Origin: a virus
Taxonomy: Duplodnaviria > Heunggongvirae > Uroviricota > Caudoviricetes
IMG/VR virus record: IMGVR_UViG_3300047476_000806
DNA length: 64,000 nt
Reading direction: 5' to 3' (one strand)
The position numbers and the translations under genes were made by a program. The notes under the pieces are model-generated. The model searched no databases, was not told where the DNA came from, and worked only from the letters and a program-made list of their open reading frames with translations. This document shows, in pieces, positions 29,609 through 38,886 of the stretch. Every line of letters begins with the position of its first letter. Position 1 is the first letter of the stretch.

Positions 29609-30406
29609 TTAAATCTCCAGTATTTTATCAACAATAAAACCATCTTTATTCTCATCACCATAGCCGTATGGATTCGAGACTAATCTTGTACCATCAATCA
29701 TAAAATCAAAAGATGTGTGAGTATGTCCAAATAACCACATATCTATACCAGGCATATAATGTTCCATATCTTGAATAAAGTATGGATTCAATGCAGACTT
29801 TTCAAATTGAGGTGCTAGTGCCTTATATGTAGGCACGAAATGACTAACAACAACTCGCTTTTTATGGTCATTCTTTTTCCAATAACCTAACTCTTTACAG
29901 AATTTTTGATGTGCTTCACGATGGTCTTCAGTATTCCATCTAGGATTAAAATTTAAATATTGTTCTTCAGATACTAGATTCTCTAATCTAATTTCTTTAT
30001 GTATAACTGAAAAATCAGGTATGTATCTAACACACAAACTATCAATATCAGCACCTTCAAGATTTGTGTACATGATACCACCGAAGAATGAGACATCATC
30101 AATCGTTACACTACTATCATTTAAATAATAGAAGTTGGCATGAGTCTCATCAATACTCTTTAGATTCTCATGTACTGCTTGAAAAGAAGCACCGTATGCT
30201 TCATGGTTACCAGCAACCATAACCACTTTAGCATCACTTGCAAGAATTCTATGAATAAGAGAAAGATGTCTGCCTTGCGTGTGTATATCACCAGCAAGAA
30301 CAACAACATCTTCACCTAGATTTTCATATTCAAAAGGATTAGCACATATCGGTGCCTTGTTGTAAGGCATCTCAAGGTGCATATCTGATAGTAATCTAAT
30401 TTTCAT
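29609..30406 (-). CDS. calcineurin-like metallophosphoesterase
   Basis: Motifs LSDMHLE, GDIHTQG and GNHE. Confidence 0.65.
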   Translation of the reverse strand: MKIRLLSDMHLEMPYNKAPICANPFEYENLGEDVVVLAGDIHTQGRHLSLIHRILASDAKVVMVAGNHEAYGASFQAVHENLKSIDETHANFYYLNDSSVTIDDVSFFGGIMYTNLEGADIDSLCVRYIPDFSVIHKEIRLENLVSEEQYLNFNPRWNTEDHREAHQKFCKELGYWKKNDHKKRVVVSHFVPTYKALAPQFEKSALNPYFIQDMEHYMPGIDMWLFGHTHTSFDFMIDGTRLVSNPYGYGDENKDGFIVDKILEI

Positions 30407-31434
30407 TAATCATCATTCTTCAATAAGAATTTATTAGAAATTGCTTTGAATGAATTCTTACCATCAACTGATTTGAATACAACACCTTCAGCTTCAGTTT
30501 GTTTGTTCAAGTAAGATTTAAACTCAGCATTTGTTAATACATAATCGATAGTCCAGTTATTCTCTTTGAAGTTAATCGAATGAGATATAATAGGAGTATG
30601 ATTAATACCTAATTCCATAGATAAACATAATCGTTCTTTAGGATTGTAGTATTCTTGTTTATCGATATCATATATATCAAACAAATAGAAGTCAAGTTCA
30701 GAAAGATTGTATTTGTTACCTTGTACTCCTGGTCCTACAAGTTCACCTTGTAACGCAAGATTCTTACCTGTTGATTTAATCTTATCAATGAAACTTTCAC
30801 GTAACGCAACTTTCCAGAATGAATTCTCTTCAGTCTCTTTTAGATTTAGATTACGTGAACAGACACCAGATTCTTCACCGTTAACATATACAGTCATAGA
30901 TGAACCATCAAGTTTCTCAGTCATTTCCCATTCAACACCTTCTTCTTGCCACTGAGTATACTCACGTTTCAAGTTTTGAATACGTTCTTGGTCAGTCTTA
31001 CGGATGAATGAAGGAAAACTACCACGACTAATACCAGCTAATTGTGCTGGCATCTCACGTTCCCATTTCTGAATCAGCAGATTATCAGTCAAGTCTAAGT
31101 CTTCTTCAACTTGAGAACCTGCACCATCATAAACTGATTGAGGAATAGGCATCAAAAGACCTTGACTTAATTGTCCTCGTAAACGAATAGTCTTTAGTCT
31201 TTGTCCTTCGACACCATTATAAACTTTAGGAAACTGACCAGGCTTAGTTAAGAATGGAGCAAGTTCATTAGGAATCCATGAGTCAATCTCAAAGTATACT
31301 GCTAGGTCACCAGCTTTATACTCATTCTTTTTGACTACAACTTTCCATCCACCAACTGTTGCTACTTCAATAGCATCAGCACCAAGGATTGCACTAATCT
31401 CATCAATTTTAACTACTCTGGCTAATTTTCTCAT
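30406..31434 (-). CDS. ATP-dependent RNA ligase (Rnl family) with N-terminal OB-like domain
   Basis: Nucleotidyltransferase motif I KxDG (MTEKLDGSS). 342 aa. Translationally coupled to the phosphoesterase gene. Confidence 0.5.
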   Translation of the reverse strand: MRKLARVVKIDEISAILGADAIEVATVGGWKVVVKKNEYKAGDLAVYFEIDSWIPNELAPFLTKPGQFPKVYNGVEGQRLKTIRLRGQLSQGLLMPIPQSVYDGAGSQVEEDLDLTDNLLIQKWEREMPAQLAGISRGSFPSFIRKTDQERIQNLKREYTQWQEEGVEWEMTEKLDGSSMTVYVNGEESGVCSRNLNLKETEENSFWKVALRESFIDKIKSTGKNLALQGELVGPGVQGNKYNLSELDFYLFDIYDIDKQEYYNPKERLCLSMELGINHTPIISHSINFKENNWTIDYVLTNAEFKSYLNKQTEAEGVVFKSVDGKNSFKAISNKFLLKNDD

Positions 31435-31603
31435 TTTAAGATTCTAAAACTCACTATTAATTGAACAATAACAACTAAAGGTAATAGTCCACAAGCTAAA
31501 GCAAATAAAGCACCTTGTGTTGTTTTTGTTCTATTTAGAACAAAGTCCATAATTTTCATTGCAGAAAACAAATATGCAAAGAAAGCTAAGAAAATTACAA
31601 TAA

Positions 31604-31975
31604 TCATTTGTTTACCTTTTTAGGTTGTGCTTTCACATATTCGACAAACTTTTCTGCTAATCGATTATGTTCTTTTTGTGAACAATAGAATATCCATTGT
31701 CCTACTGAAACATTACCGCTATCATCTTTACCTCTTTGATAACCAATCACAGTATGTGGTGTACGGTTATCAATAATACGTTCAATTGAGAAAGCATTTA
31801 AAGCTTTAAAATCAAATTCAAAAGTAGAACCGTCTAAGTCTTTTTTGAATTCATATTCTTTAATATCTTTTAGTTTAGTGATTTCTTTTTTTAAGTCTCG
31901 CACTTGCGCTTCTAAATCACCAATAAGTTCAACATCTTCTTTACTTCTAAACATAATCTTACTCCTTTTTACCAT
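31604..31975 (-). CDS. hypothetical protein (123 aa)
   Basis: ORF. Confidence 0.35.
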   Translation of the reverse strand: MVKRSKIMFRSKEDVELIGDLEAQVRDLKKEITKLKDIKEYEFKKDLDGSTFEFDFKALNAFSIERIIDNRTPHTVIGYQRGKDDSGNVSVGQWIFYCSQKEHNRLAEKFVEYVKAQPKKVNK

Positions 31976-32534
31976 ATAATAACATCATCGCATCATAAAC
32001 ACAATCATCAATAGGATTATGTTTAGTAATATCTAGTGCCGAATTAAAACCTTCATAATCAACATCACAATAACCATTATCAGAACCTGTCAAAAAGTCA
32101 ACTGCGGTTCTTACATCTCGCCATTTACTATAATGAAAGATAGGTTCAAGACCTAGTTTCTCTTCAATAGAATCAAGTACTAGCTGGTCAAGATTACCTC
32201 GTGCCCATACTGTACATGTTTTATGGTTAGGAAAACGCTGTGCATATTGACGCATTCTTTCATAACCTTCTTCAATCTTAATATCATGTTCAGAAGGTTT
32301 AAATGAAGCAATTTTAACGTTCAGACATTGTTTAGCCCACCACTCAAGTGAAGACTTTGTGACTGTTCGTTTTAGTCTAGTCATTTGGTCTTCAGCATCA
32401 AGCTTCACAAAGAATGCATTATCTCGCAACTCTTTATGTGAAGGTTTCTTATCAGGGTCAAAGTAAATCAACGACATCGACAAAATCACTGCCGTTGATT
32501 CTTTACCTAGCGTTTCTACGTCGAAGATAAACAT
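31959..32534 (-). CDS. dexA: exonuclease A (DexA), DEDDh 3'-5' exonuclease
   Basis: FIFDVETLG, EWWAKQ and HNPIDDCVYDAMML match T4 DexA (FIIDFETMG, EWW, HDSIHDCAKDILMM). Confidence 0.7.
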   Translation of the reverse strand: MFIFDVETLGKESTAVILSMSLIYFDPDKKPSHKELRDNAFFVKLDAEDQMTRLKRTVTKSSLEWWAKQCLNVKIASFKPSEHDIKIEEGYERMRQYAQRFPNHKTCTVWARGNLDQLVLDSIEEKLGLEPIFHYSKWRDVRTAVDFLTGSDNGYCDVDYEGFNSALDITKHNPIDDCVYDAMMLLYGKKE

Positions 32535-33343
32535 TATTTAACGTTAATCAAAGGTGCTACGTTCATACCTGCTGGAACAACAACTGTGTGAGTACCGTTA
32601 TTATCAGCAAACTTTTGTAAAGCAATGTTAGCTTCATGCTGTAGATATTCACGTGTTAATGAACCGTTGATAATCTGGTTAGCTTTTGAAACACCTTCTG
32701 CTTTAGTAATTTCAATCTGTGCTTGTTTCTTAGCAATCTCTTCTTGAACACTCATTTGCTCTAGTTGCTTTTGTGCCGCTACAGCTTTTTGAATTTGTTG
32801 TTCGATACTAGGGTCAGTTACAATGCTACGAGCAACAACACGAGTAATCGTGAATGTATCAGGGTCATTTGCATTTAGTTCTTTCTGCACGTTTTCTTTG
32901 ATTGTTGTCTCAAGTTCATCACGTTTTGTGTGAATCACTAAAGAGTCGTAGCGGCTGATTGTGTCATACACTACGCTTCGTGCAATGTTTTCGACCATCA
33001 CACTACCTGGATAATAGATACCACTGTTATATCCACTTTGATTACTATACTTAACTTTTAAAGAAGGAATCTTTTGACCGTTTGTTTTATAGTAAATCGC
33101 AACATCCATATCTTTAAGACTTAGATTGTCTTTAGCTTTAGGTGTCAAGTTAGATAGTTCTAAGTTAGTTTCTTTAGTTGTATATTCATCAACATTAGAA
33201 AAGAAGCTTGTATAGAAACCTGTATCAACTGGCTCCATATTCACAGTACCGAATGTTGTTCGAACACCTACGTTACCTTGGTCAACAATACCGCATCCAA
33301 CCAAAGCCATTGTTAAAGCACTTACTAGCATCACTTTTTTCAT
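32534..33343 (-). CDS. SPFH/band-7 (prohibitin/HflC-like) domain lipoprotein
   Basis: The real start is MKKVMLVSALTMALVGCG (lipobox LVGC) with an AAGGA RBS. The body is an SPFH domain followed by a coiled coil. Confidence 0.55.
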   Translation of the reverse strand: MKKVMLVSALTMALVGCGIVDQGNVGVRTTFGTVNMEPVDTGFYTSFFSNVDEYTTKETNLELSNLTPKAKDNLSLKDMDVAIYYKTNGQKIPSLKVKYSNQSGYNSGIYYPGSVMVENIARSVVYDTISRYDSLVIHTKRDELETTIKENVQKELNANDPDTFTITRVVARSIVTDPSIEQQIQKAVAAQKQLEQMSVQEEIAKKQAQIEITKAEGVSKANQIINGSLTREYLQHEANIALQKFADNNGTHTVVVPAGMNVAPLINVK

Positions 33344-33519
33344 TATAAATTTCCTTCTAAAAACATTAAAAAAGATAGCACAATCGCAACGACTGCACCA
33401 ATTACAAACACTCGTCTTCCCCATTTCTTAGTTTCTGTTTTCGATGTTACTGAAAGCAAATAACCAAAACTTACGAAAAAGAATGTAAAAGTTAACCACA
33501 AAATAAAAAATTTAGCCAT
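33343..33519 (-). CDS. small membrane protein (58 aa) coupled to the SPFH gene
   Basis: Translation is MAKFFILWLTFTFFFVSFGYLL...VFVIGAVVAIVLSFLMF, giving two predicted TM segments. Its stop overlaps the SPFH ATG (TAATG). Confidence 0.4.
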   Translation of the reverse strand: MAKFFILWLTFTFFFVSFGYLLSVTSKTETKKWGRRVFVIGAVVAIVLSFLMFLEGNL

Positions 33520-33660
33520 TATACGTTATTCACCAATCTATGTTTTTTCCTGTTGCAAACACTGCAAAACGTATATTGTCGTTCTGCATACCCATATGGT
33601 TTATCACACATTTCCCATCGATTATAGAAATGCACAAAAGGAATTAAGTGTAAAATCTTT

Positions 33661-33864
33661 TTAATCATCTTCACCTCTCATAACAACAATTTTCAATACT
33701 GCTTCGACTGCGGTTTCTTGAGAAATATATTCACCAATAAACTCACCAAAAAAGTAAGCATTAAAGGTACCATCATGTTCTCGTACACCACCTAACACTC
33801 GACCATCAGTTTTTCGATAGCATTTATAAGTGTTACCAGTTAGCATCCATGTAATATTATCCAT
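33661..33864 (-). CDS. hypothetical protein (67 aa)
   Basis: ORF. Confidence 0.3.
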   Translation of the reverse strand: MDNITWMLTGNTYKCYRKTDGRVLGGVREHDGTFNAYFFGEFIGEYISQETAVEAVLKIVVMRGEDD

Positions 33865-33868
33865 AATG

Positions 33869-34150
33869 TCACCTAGTATATAAGTTATTCATAATTGAGT
33901 CAACTAATTTCTCAGCTTCTTTCATCAAATCTTCATCAGCATGTCGTTTAGATACTTCAGAATAAATTTCACCGTCAGTCATTTCATTGATGGGACACCA
34001 TCTAGGTATCACTTCAATATCTTTGATGATGTTGTCATAGCCTTCTGGACTTTCAGGATGAGAACAATAATCAAAGTTCTCACCATGTCCATAGTGATTA
34101 CGTCTGCACAGACAATCTCGACAATCTGTAACGTCTATAGTTAACTTCAT
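33869..34150 (-). CDS. hypothetical Cys-rich protein (93 aa)
   Basis: CRDCLC...C...C pattern. Confidence 0.35.
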   Translation of the reverse strand: MKLTIDVTDCRDCLCRRNHYGHGENFDYCSHPESPEGYDNIIKDIEVIPRWCPINEMTDGEIYSEVSKRHADEDLMKEAEKLVDSIMNNLYTR

Positions 34151-34578
34151 AGAATATTAAAACTACTTTGAATACCGAATTCTTGTTTTTTTCTATCATC
34201 TTTATGATAGTTGTAAGGTCGACTGTCAATCAATTTAATAACTCGTGCATGAGGTTTAATTGCTTGTTCGTGTTTATATCTTTCATCAAACTCTTTCTGA
34301 ATCTGCTCTCTAGTTCGAGCAACAAAAGGGTAATCTATGTTAGCCAAAAAAATATGTACTTTATCTTTTTTATGTAATTTACATTTACCTACAGTAATTT
34401 TTACATGCATATTCTCAACAAGATAATTTATGTAATGAGTAAACTGATTCTTAGTCAATCCCATCATATCAGCACATTCTTTACGTGACATGTTTTTCTT
34501 AACAAGTGCTTCATAGATATCTTGTTTAATTTGGTCACCTTCAACCATTTTTGTAATAAAGTCTTTTTTGTTATTCAT
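34147..34578 (-). CDS. hypothetical protein, possible HTH DNA-binding (143 aa)
   Basis: ECADMMGLTKNQFTHYINYL is helix-turn-helix-like. Confidence 0.35.
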   Translation of the reverse strand: MNNKKDFITKMVEGDQIKQDIYEALVKKNMSRKECADMMGLTKNQFTHYINYLVENMHVKITVGKCKLHKKDKVHIFLANIDYPFVARTREQIQKEFDERYKHEQAIKPHARVIKLIDSRPYNYHKDDRKKQEFGIQSSFNIL

Positions 34579-34707
34579 AATAATCCAGAGAATCGTAAGG
34601 TTTAATTTCTTGTTTTAATTTAATGCGGCAAATTCTAATACGTTCTAATCTTTTTTTCAACCGTTTTTTATTAATCAACGATAAGATAAACACTATTAGT
34701 TTCCTTT

Positions 34708-34974
34708 TCATTTAGTATAAAATTTTACTGTTTCTTGAAGTTCAGGAAAGTCTTGAAGAATAACATTAATTTTAGAAGTTAAATTAAGTAGTTCGTTTGA
34801 AGCTTCTTCTTTTATCTTTGTTTGAGATATTTTTTTCAAACTTCTTTCATACATTCGATTAAAAACTTCAGCATCTTCTTTTGATATATCACCTAAATCC
34901 ATAGAACCTAAGATGTATATGATAAAGTCTAATTGGTCTTCAATACGTTTTAACTTGAATTCTTCGTTAGTCAT
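34708..34974 (-). CDS. hypothetical protein (88 aa)
   Basis: ORF. Confidence 0.3.
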   Translation of the reverse strand: MTNEEFKLKRIEDQLDFIIYILGSMDLGDISKEDAEVFNRMYERSLKKISQTKIKEEASNELLNLTSKINVILQDFPELQETVKFYTK

Positions 34975-34976
34975 AA

Positions 34977-35195
34977 TTAACGCTCACATATAACAGTACA
35001 TTTAGATTTGGTACCATCATACCAACATAATTGTTTCTTAGCATCTTTTAGTGTTGTATATGTATCTTGAACATATGCATCCCAAGAATTACAACCAACA
35101 CCAACCCACATCCAACGAAACAACCAGTGCTTTTGTTGAATCTGATACCTAACATCACCATTAGGTTTTATAATTTCTACAATTCTAGCTTTCAT
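34977..35195 (-). CDS. hypothetical protein (72 aa)
   Basis: ORF. Confidence 0.3.
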   Translation of the reverse strand: MKARIVEIIKPNGDVRYQIQQKHWLFRWMWVGVGCNSWDAYVQDTYTTLKDAKKQLCWYDGTKSKCTVICER

Positions 35196-35608
35196 TATTC
35201 AATCTCAACTTTCACGCAAGTTTTATTCTTAAATTTCTGATAAGCAAGCGACATGAAGGTTGGTTCTTTTTTAACATATTCAGATTTACGTTCATCTCGA
35301 TAATCAAGATATTTTACTAAAGCCCAAGCTAATCCTAAAACTACTGGTATTGATGTTGATATAATCACTATAGTAATAGCGCCTTCACTCATTTTTACAT
35401 CATGAAAATACCACATATATAATTCATAATAACCACCACCTATTAATAAACAGGCAATCAAAATCCCTAATACACACAATAGTATTTTACATATACCAAG
35501 AACGACAGACCAAAAGTAACTACAAAAATTGGTCTTCATTCCTTTGTACATGTAAAGTCCGCTGAATTTGGCAAGCTTATAGTGCCAAGAGTTTTGTTTG
35601 ATTATCAT
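35195..35608 (-). CDS. hypothetical membrane protein (137 aa)
   Basis: Several hydrophobic helices. Confidence 0.35.
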   Translation of the reverse strand: MIIKQNSWHYKLAKFSGLYMYKGMKTNFCSYFWSVVLGICKILLCVLGILIACLLIGGGYYELYMWYFHDVKMSEGAITIVIISTSIPVVLGLAWALVKYLDYRDERKSEYVKKEPTFMSLAYQKFKNKTCVKVEIE

Positions 35609-35609
35609 A

Positions 35610-35909
35610 TTAAAATACTACCCTTTTACCTGTGAATACATCGACAACTTCTTCGTCACCGAATGCGGCACGCATCTCAAACTTCTCTTCGTCTGAGTAA
35701 CCGTATTTTTGACGACGAGCAACATATTGTTCTAAGAATTTCGCATCTTCGATTTTACGAGCAGACATTGAGCGTAAAACTTGTTCTTGGCAGATTAAGT
35801 CTGCTAACAAAAATTCTGTAAGAATATCGTTTGGAGGAACGTTATCGCTTGACTTCCAGCGAATCACGTCGTTGTTATCTACATAAAAATCGTTTGCATG
35901 TTTTGACAT
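35610..35909 (-). CDS. hypothetical protein (99 aa)
   Basis: ORF directly downstream of a consensus early promoter. Confidence 0.4.
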   Translation of the reverse strand: MSKHANDFYVDNNDVIRWKSSDNVPPNDILTEFLLADLICQEQVLRSMSARKIEDAKFLEQYVARRQKYGYSDEEKFEMRAAFGDEEVVDVFTGKRVVF

Positions 35910-35941
35910 ATCAACCTCACATAATTAATGAACTCAATACG

Positions 35942-35969
35942 ATTATACAGAAGTTGGTCTGTATGTCAA
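35942..35969 (-). promoter_or_regulatory. sigma70-type early promoter (TTGACA-N16-TATAAT)
   Basis: Reverse complement is gTTGACAtacagaccaacttctgTATAATc. Confidence 0.6.
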
Positions 35970-35976
35970 CAACAAT

Positions 35977-36192
35977 TTACAATATTTCTCTAGTTTTCTT
36001 TTTAACACATAGCACTTGACTGGTTGGAATCCAAAAAACGTTGTCTGATAATTTAGTATATTCGAAGTCTTCGTTTACCCAAAAACCTTTTCCAATGTCT
36101 AAATCATAAATCGTTTGGATTTCAGTTTCTTTAATAAAGCGTAGTTCTTTGTCTTCGAAACGATAGACACAAACATAATAGGTCTCTCTCAT
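35977..36192 (-). CDS. hypothetical protein (71 aa)
   Basis: ORF. Confidence 0.3.
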   Translation of the reverse strand: MRETYYVCVYRFEDKELRFIKETEIQTIYDLDIGKGFWVNEDFEYTKLSDNVFWIPTSQVLCVKKKTREIL

Positions 36193-36425
36193 TTCTTATC
36201 CTTTTGAATCCAGTCGATATACTCATCGATTTTTTTAGAGATTAAAATATCCAACATTCTTCCTAAGAAATCAAAGAACACAAAGAAAGTAACGATGGGC
36301 CAGATAATTATACCGATAATAAATTCATCAGCATTAATACTTCTTTTTGATGCATACTTTGTGAATAGAGAAATAACTGTAAATCCAATCACAAAGTAAG
36401 CTAATAAAAATAAGAACTCAATCAT
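36189..36425 (-). CDS. hypothetical membrane protein (78 aa)
   Basis: Two hydrophobic helices. Confidence 0.3.
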   Translation of the reverse strand: MIEFLFLLAYFVIGFTVISLFTKYASKRSINADEFIIGIIIWPIVTFFVFFDFLGRMLDILISKKIDEYIDWIQKDKK

Positions 36426-36456
36426 TTTTCAAACTCCATCGTTACTTTGTTAATTA

Positions 36457-36684
36457 TTAAACAGCGGCCCATTTACGTTCGAGTAAAGGAACCACAACCA
36501 TTTCAGCACCAGCTTTTTTAAGTTCAGTTGCTGTATATTCATTAGAATTGGTTAGTCCGTATCCAGGACTCACAAACTTATTTTTTTGTGCGTAATGTGG
36601 TAGATATGTAATATCGTTTAATTGATAGGTAACTGAATTAACTAATTCTGCTTTTTCTTTTGTACTCATATATTTCTCCGTCAT
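36457..36684 (-). CDS. hypothetical protein (75 aa)
   Basis: ORF. Confidence 0.3.
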   Translation of the reverse strand: MTEKYMSTKEKAELVNSVTYQLNDITYLPHYAQKNKFVSPGYGLTNSNEYTATELKKAGAEMVVVPLLERKWAAV

Positions 36685-36714
36685 AATAAAATTTAAATAA
36701 AACTACTCAACTTA

Positions 36715-37125
36715 CTACTTAACTAATTCGTATGGCTTATCCCACTGACCTACGTTGATGTGGTAATAATAAGCAGTATCGAAGTAGTCAATCATTGCAT
36801 CGCTGTTGTTATAGTAGCCTGCACTTTTTAGTGCATCTACAGCTTTAAGCAAGAATTCTTTAGCAACACCGGTGAAGTTATCTTCAATCCAGTACACGTT
36901 AACTTGCATATAATTTTTATGTCGACCTTCAACACGTTCACCATATGAACGATTTGCGGCAACATGATTTGCATTAGCGATAAAGTCGATGTTACCGGCT
37001 TTGATGTTTAGGTTGATAGAACTGTAATTATGTACTGACAAACTACCTTTGAGTCCGTACTGTTTTAAAAGTGGTTTAATTAAAGCGGCAATCTGTGCTT
37101 TCTTTTCTTGATTCATGTAAGCCAT
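36715..37125 (-). CDS. hypothetical protein (136 aa)
   Basis: ORF downstream of a repeated early promoter. Confidence 0.35.
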   Translation of the reverse strand: MAYMNQEKKAQIAALIKPLLKQYGLKGSLSVHNYSSINLNIKAGNIDFIANANHVAANRSYGERVEGRHKNYMQVNVYWIEDNFTGVAKEFLLKAVDALKSAGYYNNSDAMIDYFDTAYYYHINVGQWDKPYELVK

Positions 37126-37169
37126 CTGAGGCTCCTTTCATAACGAATTAATCAATCACTACATAATTA

Positions 37170-37197
37170 AGTATACAGCAAAATTACTTTTTGTCAA
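37170..37197 (-). promoter_or_regulatory. sigma70-type early promoter (TTGACA-N16-TATACT), repeated family
   Basis: Reverse complement is TTGACAaaaagtaattttgctgTATACTtaattatgtagtgattgattaat. It shares flanks with the other copies. Confidence 0.5.
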
Positions 37198-37205
37198 CAA
37201 CTATT

Positions 37206-37544
37206 TTAGTCTGGACGTGAACCTGCATAAGCACGGAACCCGTATTTCTGTAACACTTCAGCATATGCACGAGCACCTGCTTCTAACACACTCATACTTT
37301 GACCGTAGTACTCACCTGCTTTCCACAGGTTCAGACATTTCTTTCTCCAACTATTGTTGAAGCCTACTACTTTTAATAATTTTGCTTCTTTAGAATTAGT
37401 ACGTTCGACATAGACATCAACCCATGCGAAACCGCAGTAAGCGTCTTCACCGTATTGATTTAGATAATTATTTTCAGCTTGAACAGCCGCTTGTTTTGCT
37501 TCGTTGTGGATAGCTACGATATTCATAATATATTTCCTTCTCAA
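37206..37544 (-). CDS. hypothetical protein (112 aa)
   Basis: ORF. Confidence 0.35.
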   Translation of the reverse strand: MRRKYIMNIVAIHNEAKQAAVQAENNYLNQYGEDAYCGFAWVDVYVERTNSKEAKLLKVVGFNNSWRKKCLNLWKAGEYYGQSMSVLEAGARAYAEVLQKYGFRAYAGSRPD

Positions 37545-37565
37545 TAATTAATCAGTACATTAGTT

Positions 37566-37593
37566 AGTATACATGAATTACATTCTGTGTCAA
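37566..37593 (-). promoter_or_regulatory. sigma70-type early promoter, repeated family
   Basis: Reverse complement is TTGACAcagaatgtaattcatgTATACTaactaatgtactgattaat. Confidence 0.5.
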
Positions 37594-37596
37594 CAA

Positions 37597-37932
37597 CTAT
37601 TTTGCTTCTTTAATCATTCCGATAATTTCATCTAAGAAGTCATCGTCATCAGCATCAAAGCTACGTGAGATACCTAACTTTTCGTTGTATGCATCATTAA
37701 TCTTGTCAAAGAAGGCAAGCAAGTCTTCATTCTCACGTTCAAGGCGATATACATCAGACTCTAGTTCATCAATTTGGTCTTTTAAATCTTCGACATCATT
37801 ATCAACTACTTCAGTATTCGCTTCAGCTTGTTTTAGTAAGTCATACAGAACGTTTTCTGCATCAGTTTTAGGTTCGATATACTTTAATGCATCATACGCA
37901 TTATTGATAATTGAAATGTTTAATCCGCTCAT
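37597..37932 (-). CDS. hypothetical acidic coiled-coil protein (111 aa)
   Basis: ORF rich in D, E and L. Confidence 0.35.
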   Translation of the reverse strand: MSGLNISIINNAYDALKYIEPKTDAENVLYDLLKQAEANTEVVDNDVEDLKDQIDELESDVYRLERENEDLLAFFDKINDAYNEKLGISRSFDADDDDFLDEIIGMIKEAK

Positions 37933-38117
37933 TGGTTCACCTCTTCATAATCAAGTTTAATTAAAATAGAATCTAGTTCTGGTTGAACATCCTCATACTG
38001 AGGCATCTTTACTTTTTGCAACACTAACTCTTTTAAAATCATAATTTCAAAAGGAGAGAAATTCATTTTAAACCTCCGCAGGAGCAAAGAATTGTTGCGC
38101 TTGTCTAATAAACACAC
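37929..38117 (-). CDS. hypothetical protein (62 aa)
   Basis: ORF. Confidence 0.25.
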   Translation of the reverse strand: MCLLDKRNNSLLLRRFKMNFSPFEIMILKELVLQKVKMPQYEDVQPELDSILIKLDYEEVNQ

Positions 38118-38265
38118 GGAACGCTAGATTCTCATTTTCGTCATAGTAGTTATTAACACCGTCTTCATTACAACCGTTACGATAGTCAATCACAGCTTCT
38201 AACAACTGAAGATTTTCATTTCTAGCAATCTCAGCAACAACGTTACAGGCTTCAGCAATATTCAT
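38068..38265 (-). CDS. hypothetical protein (65 aa)
   Basis: The real start is ATG at 38265 (MNIAEACN...) with an AAGGAG RBS. The ORF-track start is an upstream TTG. Confidence 0.35.
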   Translation of the reverse strand: MNIAEACNVVAEIARNENLQLLEAVIDYRNGCNEDGVNNYYDENENLAFRVFIRQAQQFFAPAEV

Positions 38266-38303
38266 CTCAAAACTCCTTCTCAATTAATCTCGTCTACATG
38301 TTT

Positions 38304-38331
38304 AGTATACATGAACTAGATTATATGTCAA
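38304..38331 (-). promoter_or_regulatory. sigma70-type early promoter, repeated family
   Basis: Reverse complement is gcTTGACAtataatctagttcatgTATACTaaacatgtagacgagattaattgagaaggag. Confidence 0.55.
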
Positions 38332-38591
38332 GCATAATATGAGTAATAATTGCGAATTTTTGAAGATTTATTTGTATGATTTTCGACAAACTTAAACTCG
38401 ATACCTCGGTCTTTCAGTTCTTTAATTAGTACTGAACAATCACAATCTTCTTCTAAGAATGCATTGTCACCGTTTCGATATGAGAATGGAGAAATCTTAT
38501 CTGAGATACCTAACTTTTTTAAGACATCTACTTTGATTTTAACCCAACCGTGTCCTGGGTCTGTGAAGTAATTTAATGTAATCTTTTTCAT
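38328..38591 (-). CDS. hypothetical protein (87 aa)
   Basis: ORF. Confidence 0.3.
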   Translation of the reverse strand: MKKITLNYFTDPGHGWVKIKVDVLKKLGISDKISPFSYRNGDNAFLEEDCDCSVLIKELKDRGIEFKFVENHTNKSSKIRNYYSYYA

Positions 38592-38600
38592 GTCTACTCC

Positions 38601-38819
38601 TTATTGTAAGTTAACTTGAATATTGTTAGGACCGTATTGTTCACCTAAACTTGATACATTTAGATTAAACATTTTAGCTAGAGCAATTGATAATGCTATT
38701 CTATGATTTGCATTACCGATAGTATTGAATGCATTTTTAATAGTAGTATTAATAACAACGTCGTTAATAATAACTCGAATTTTCTGATTGTTTTTAAAAC
38801 CTTCAACTATTGCTGGCAT
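38601..38819 (-). CDS. hypothetical protein (72 aa)
   Basis: ORF downstream of a promoter copy. Confidence 0.3.
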   Translation of the reverse strand: MPAIVEGFKNNQKIRVIINDVVINTTIKNAFNTIGNANHRIALSIALAKMFNLNVSSLGEQYGPNNIQVNLQ

Positions 38820-38855
38820 ATCAATTCCTTCTCATAATTAATCACTACAAGATTC

Positions 38856-38883
38856 AGTATACATGAACTAGATTATATGTCAA
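38856..38883 (-). promoter_or_regulatory. sigma70-type early promoter, repeated family (near-identical to the 38304 copy)
   Basis: Reverse complement is gtgcTTGACAtataatctagttcatgTATACTgaatcttgtagtgattaat. Confidence 0.55.
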
Positions 38884-38886
38884 GCA

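Noticed and set aside
32534-33424. ORF-track N-terminus MGKTSVCNWCSRCDCAIFFNVFRRKFI of the SPFH gene
   Set aside because: It is a wrong-frame read-through across the separate 58-aa membrane-protein gene. The lipoprotein signal peptide begins at the internal Met (MKKVMLVSAL...) with its own RBS.
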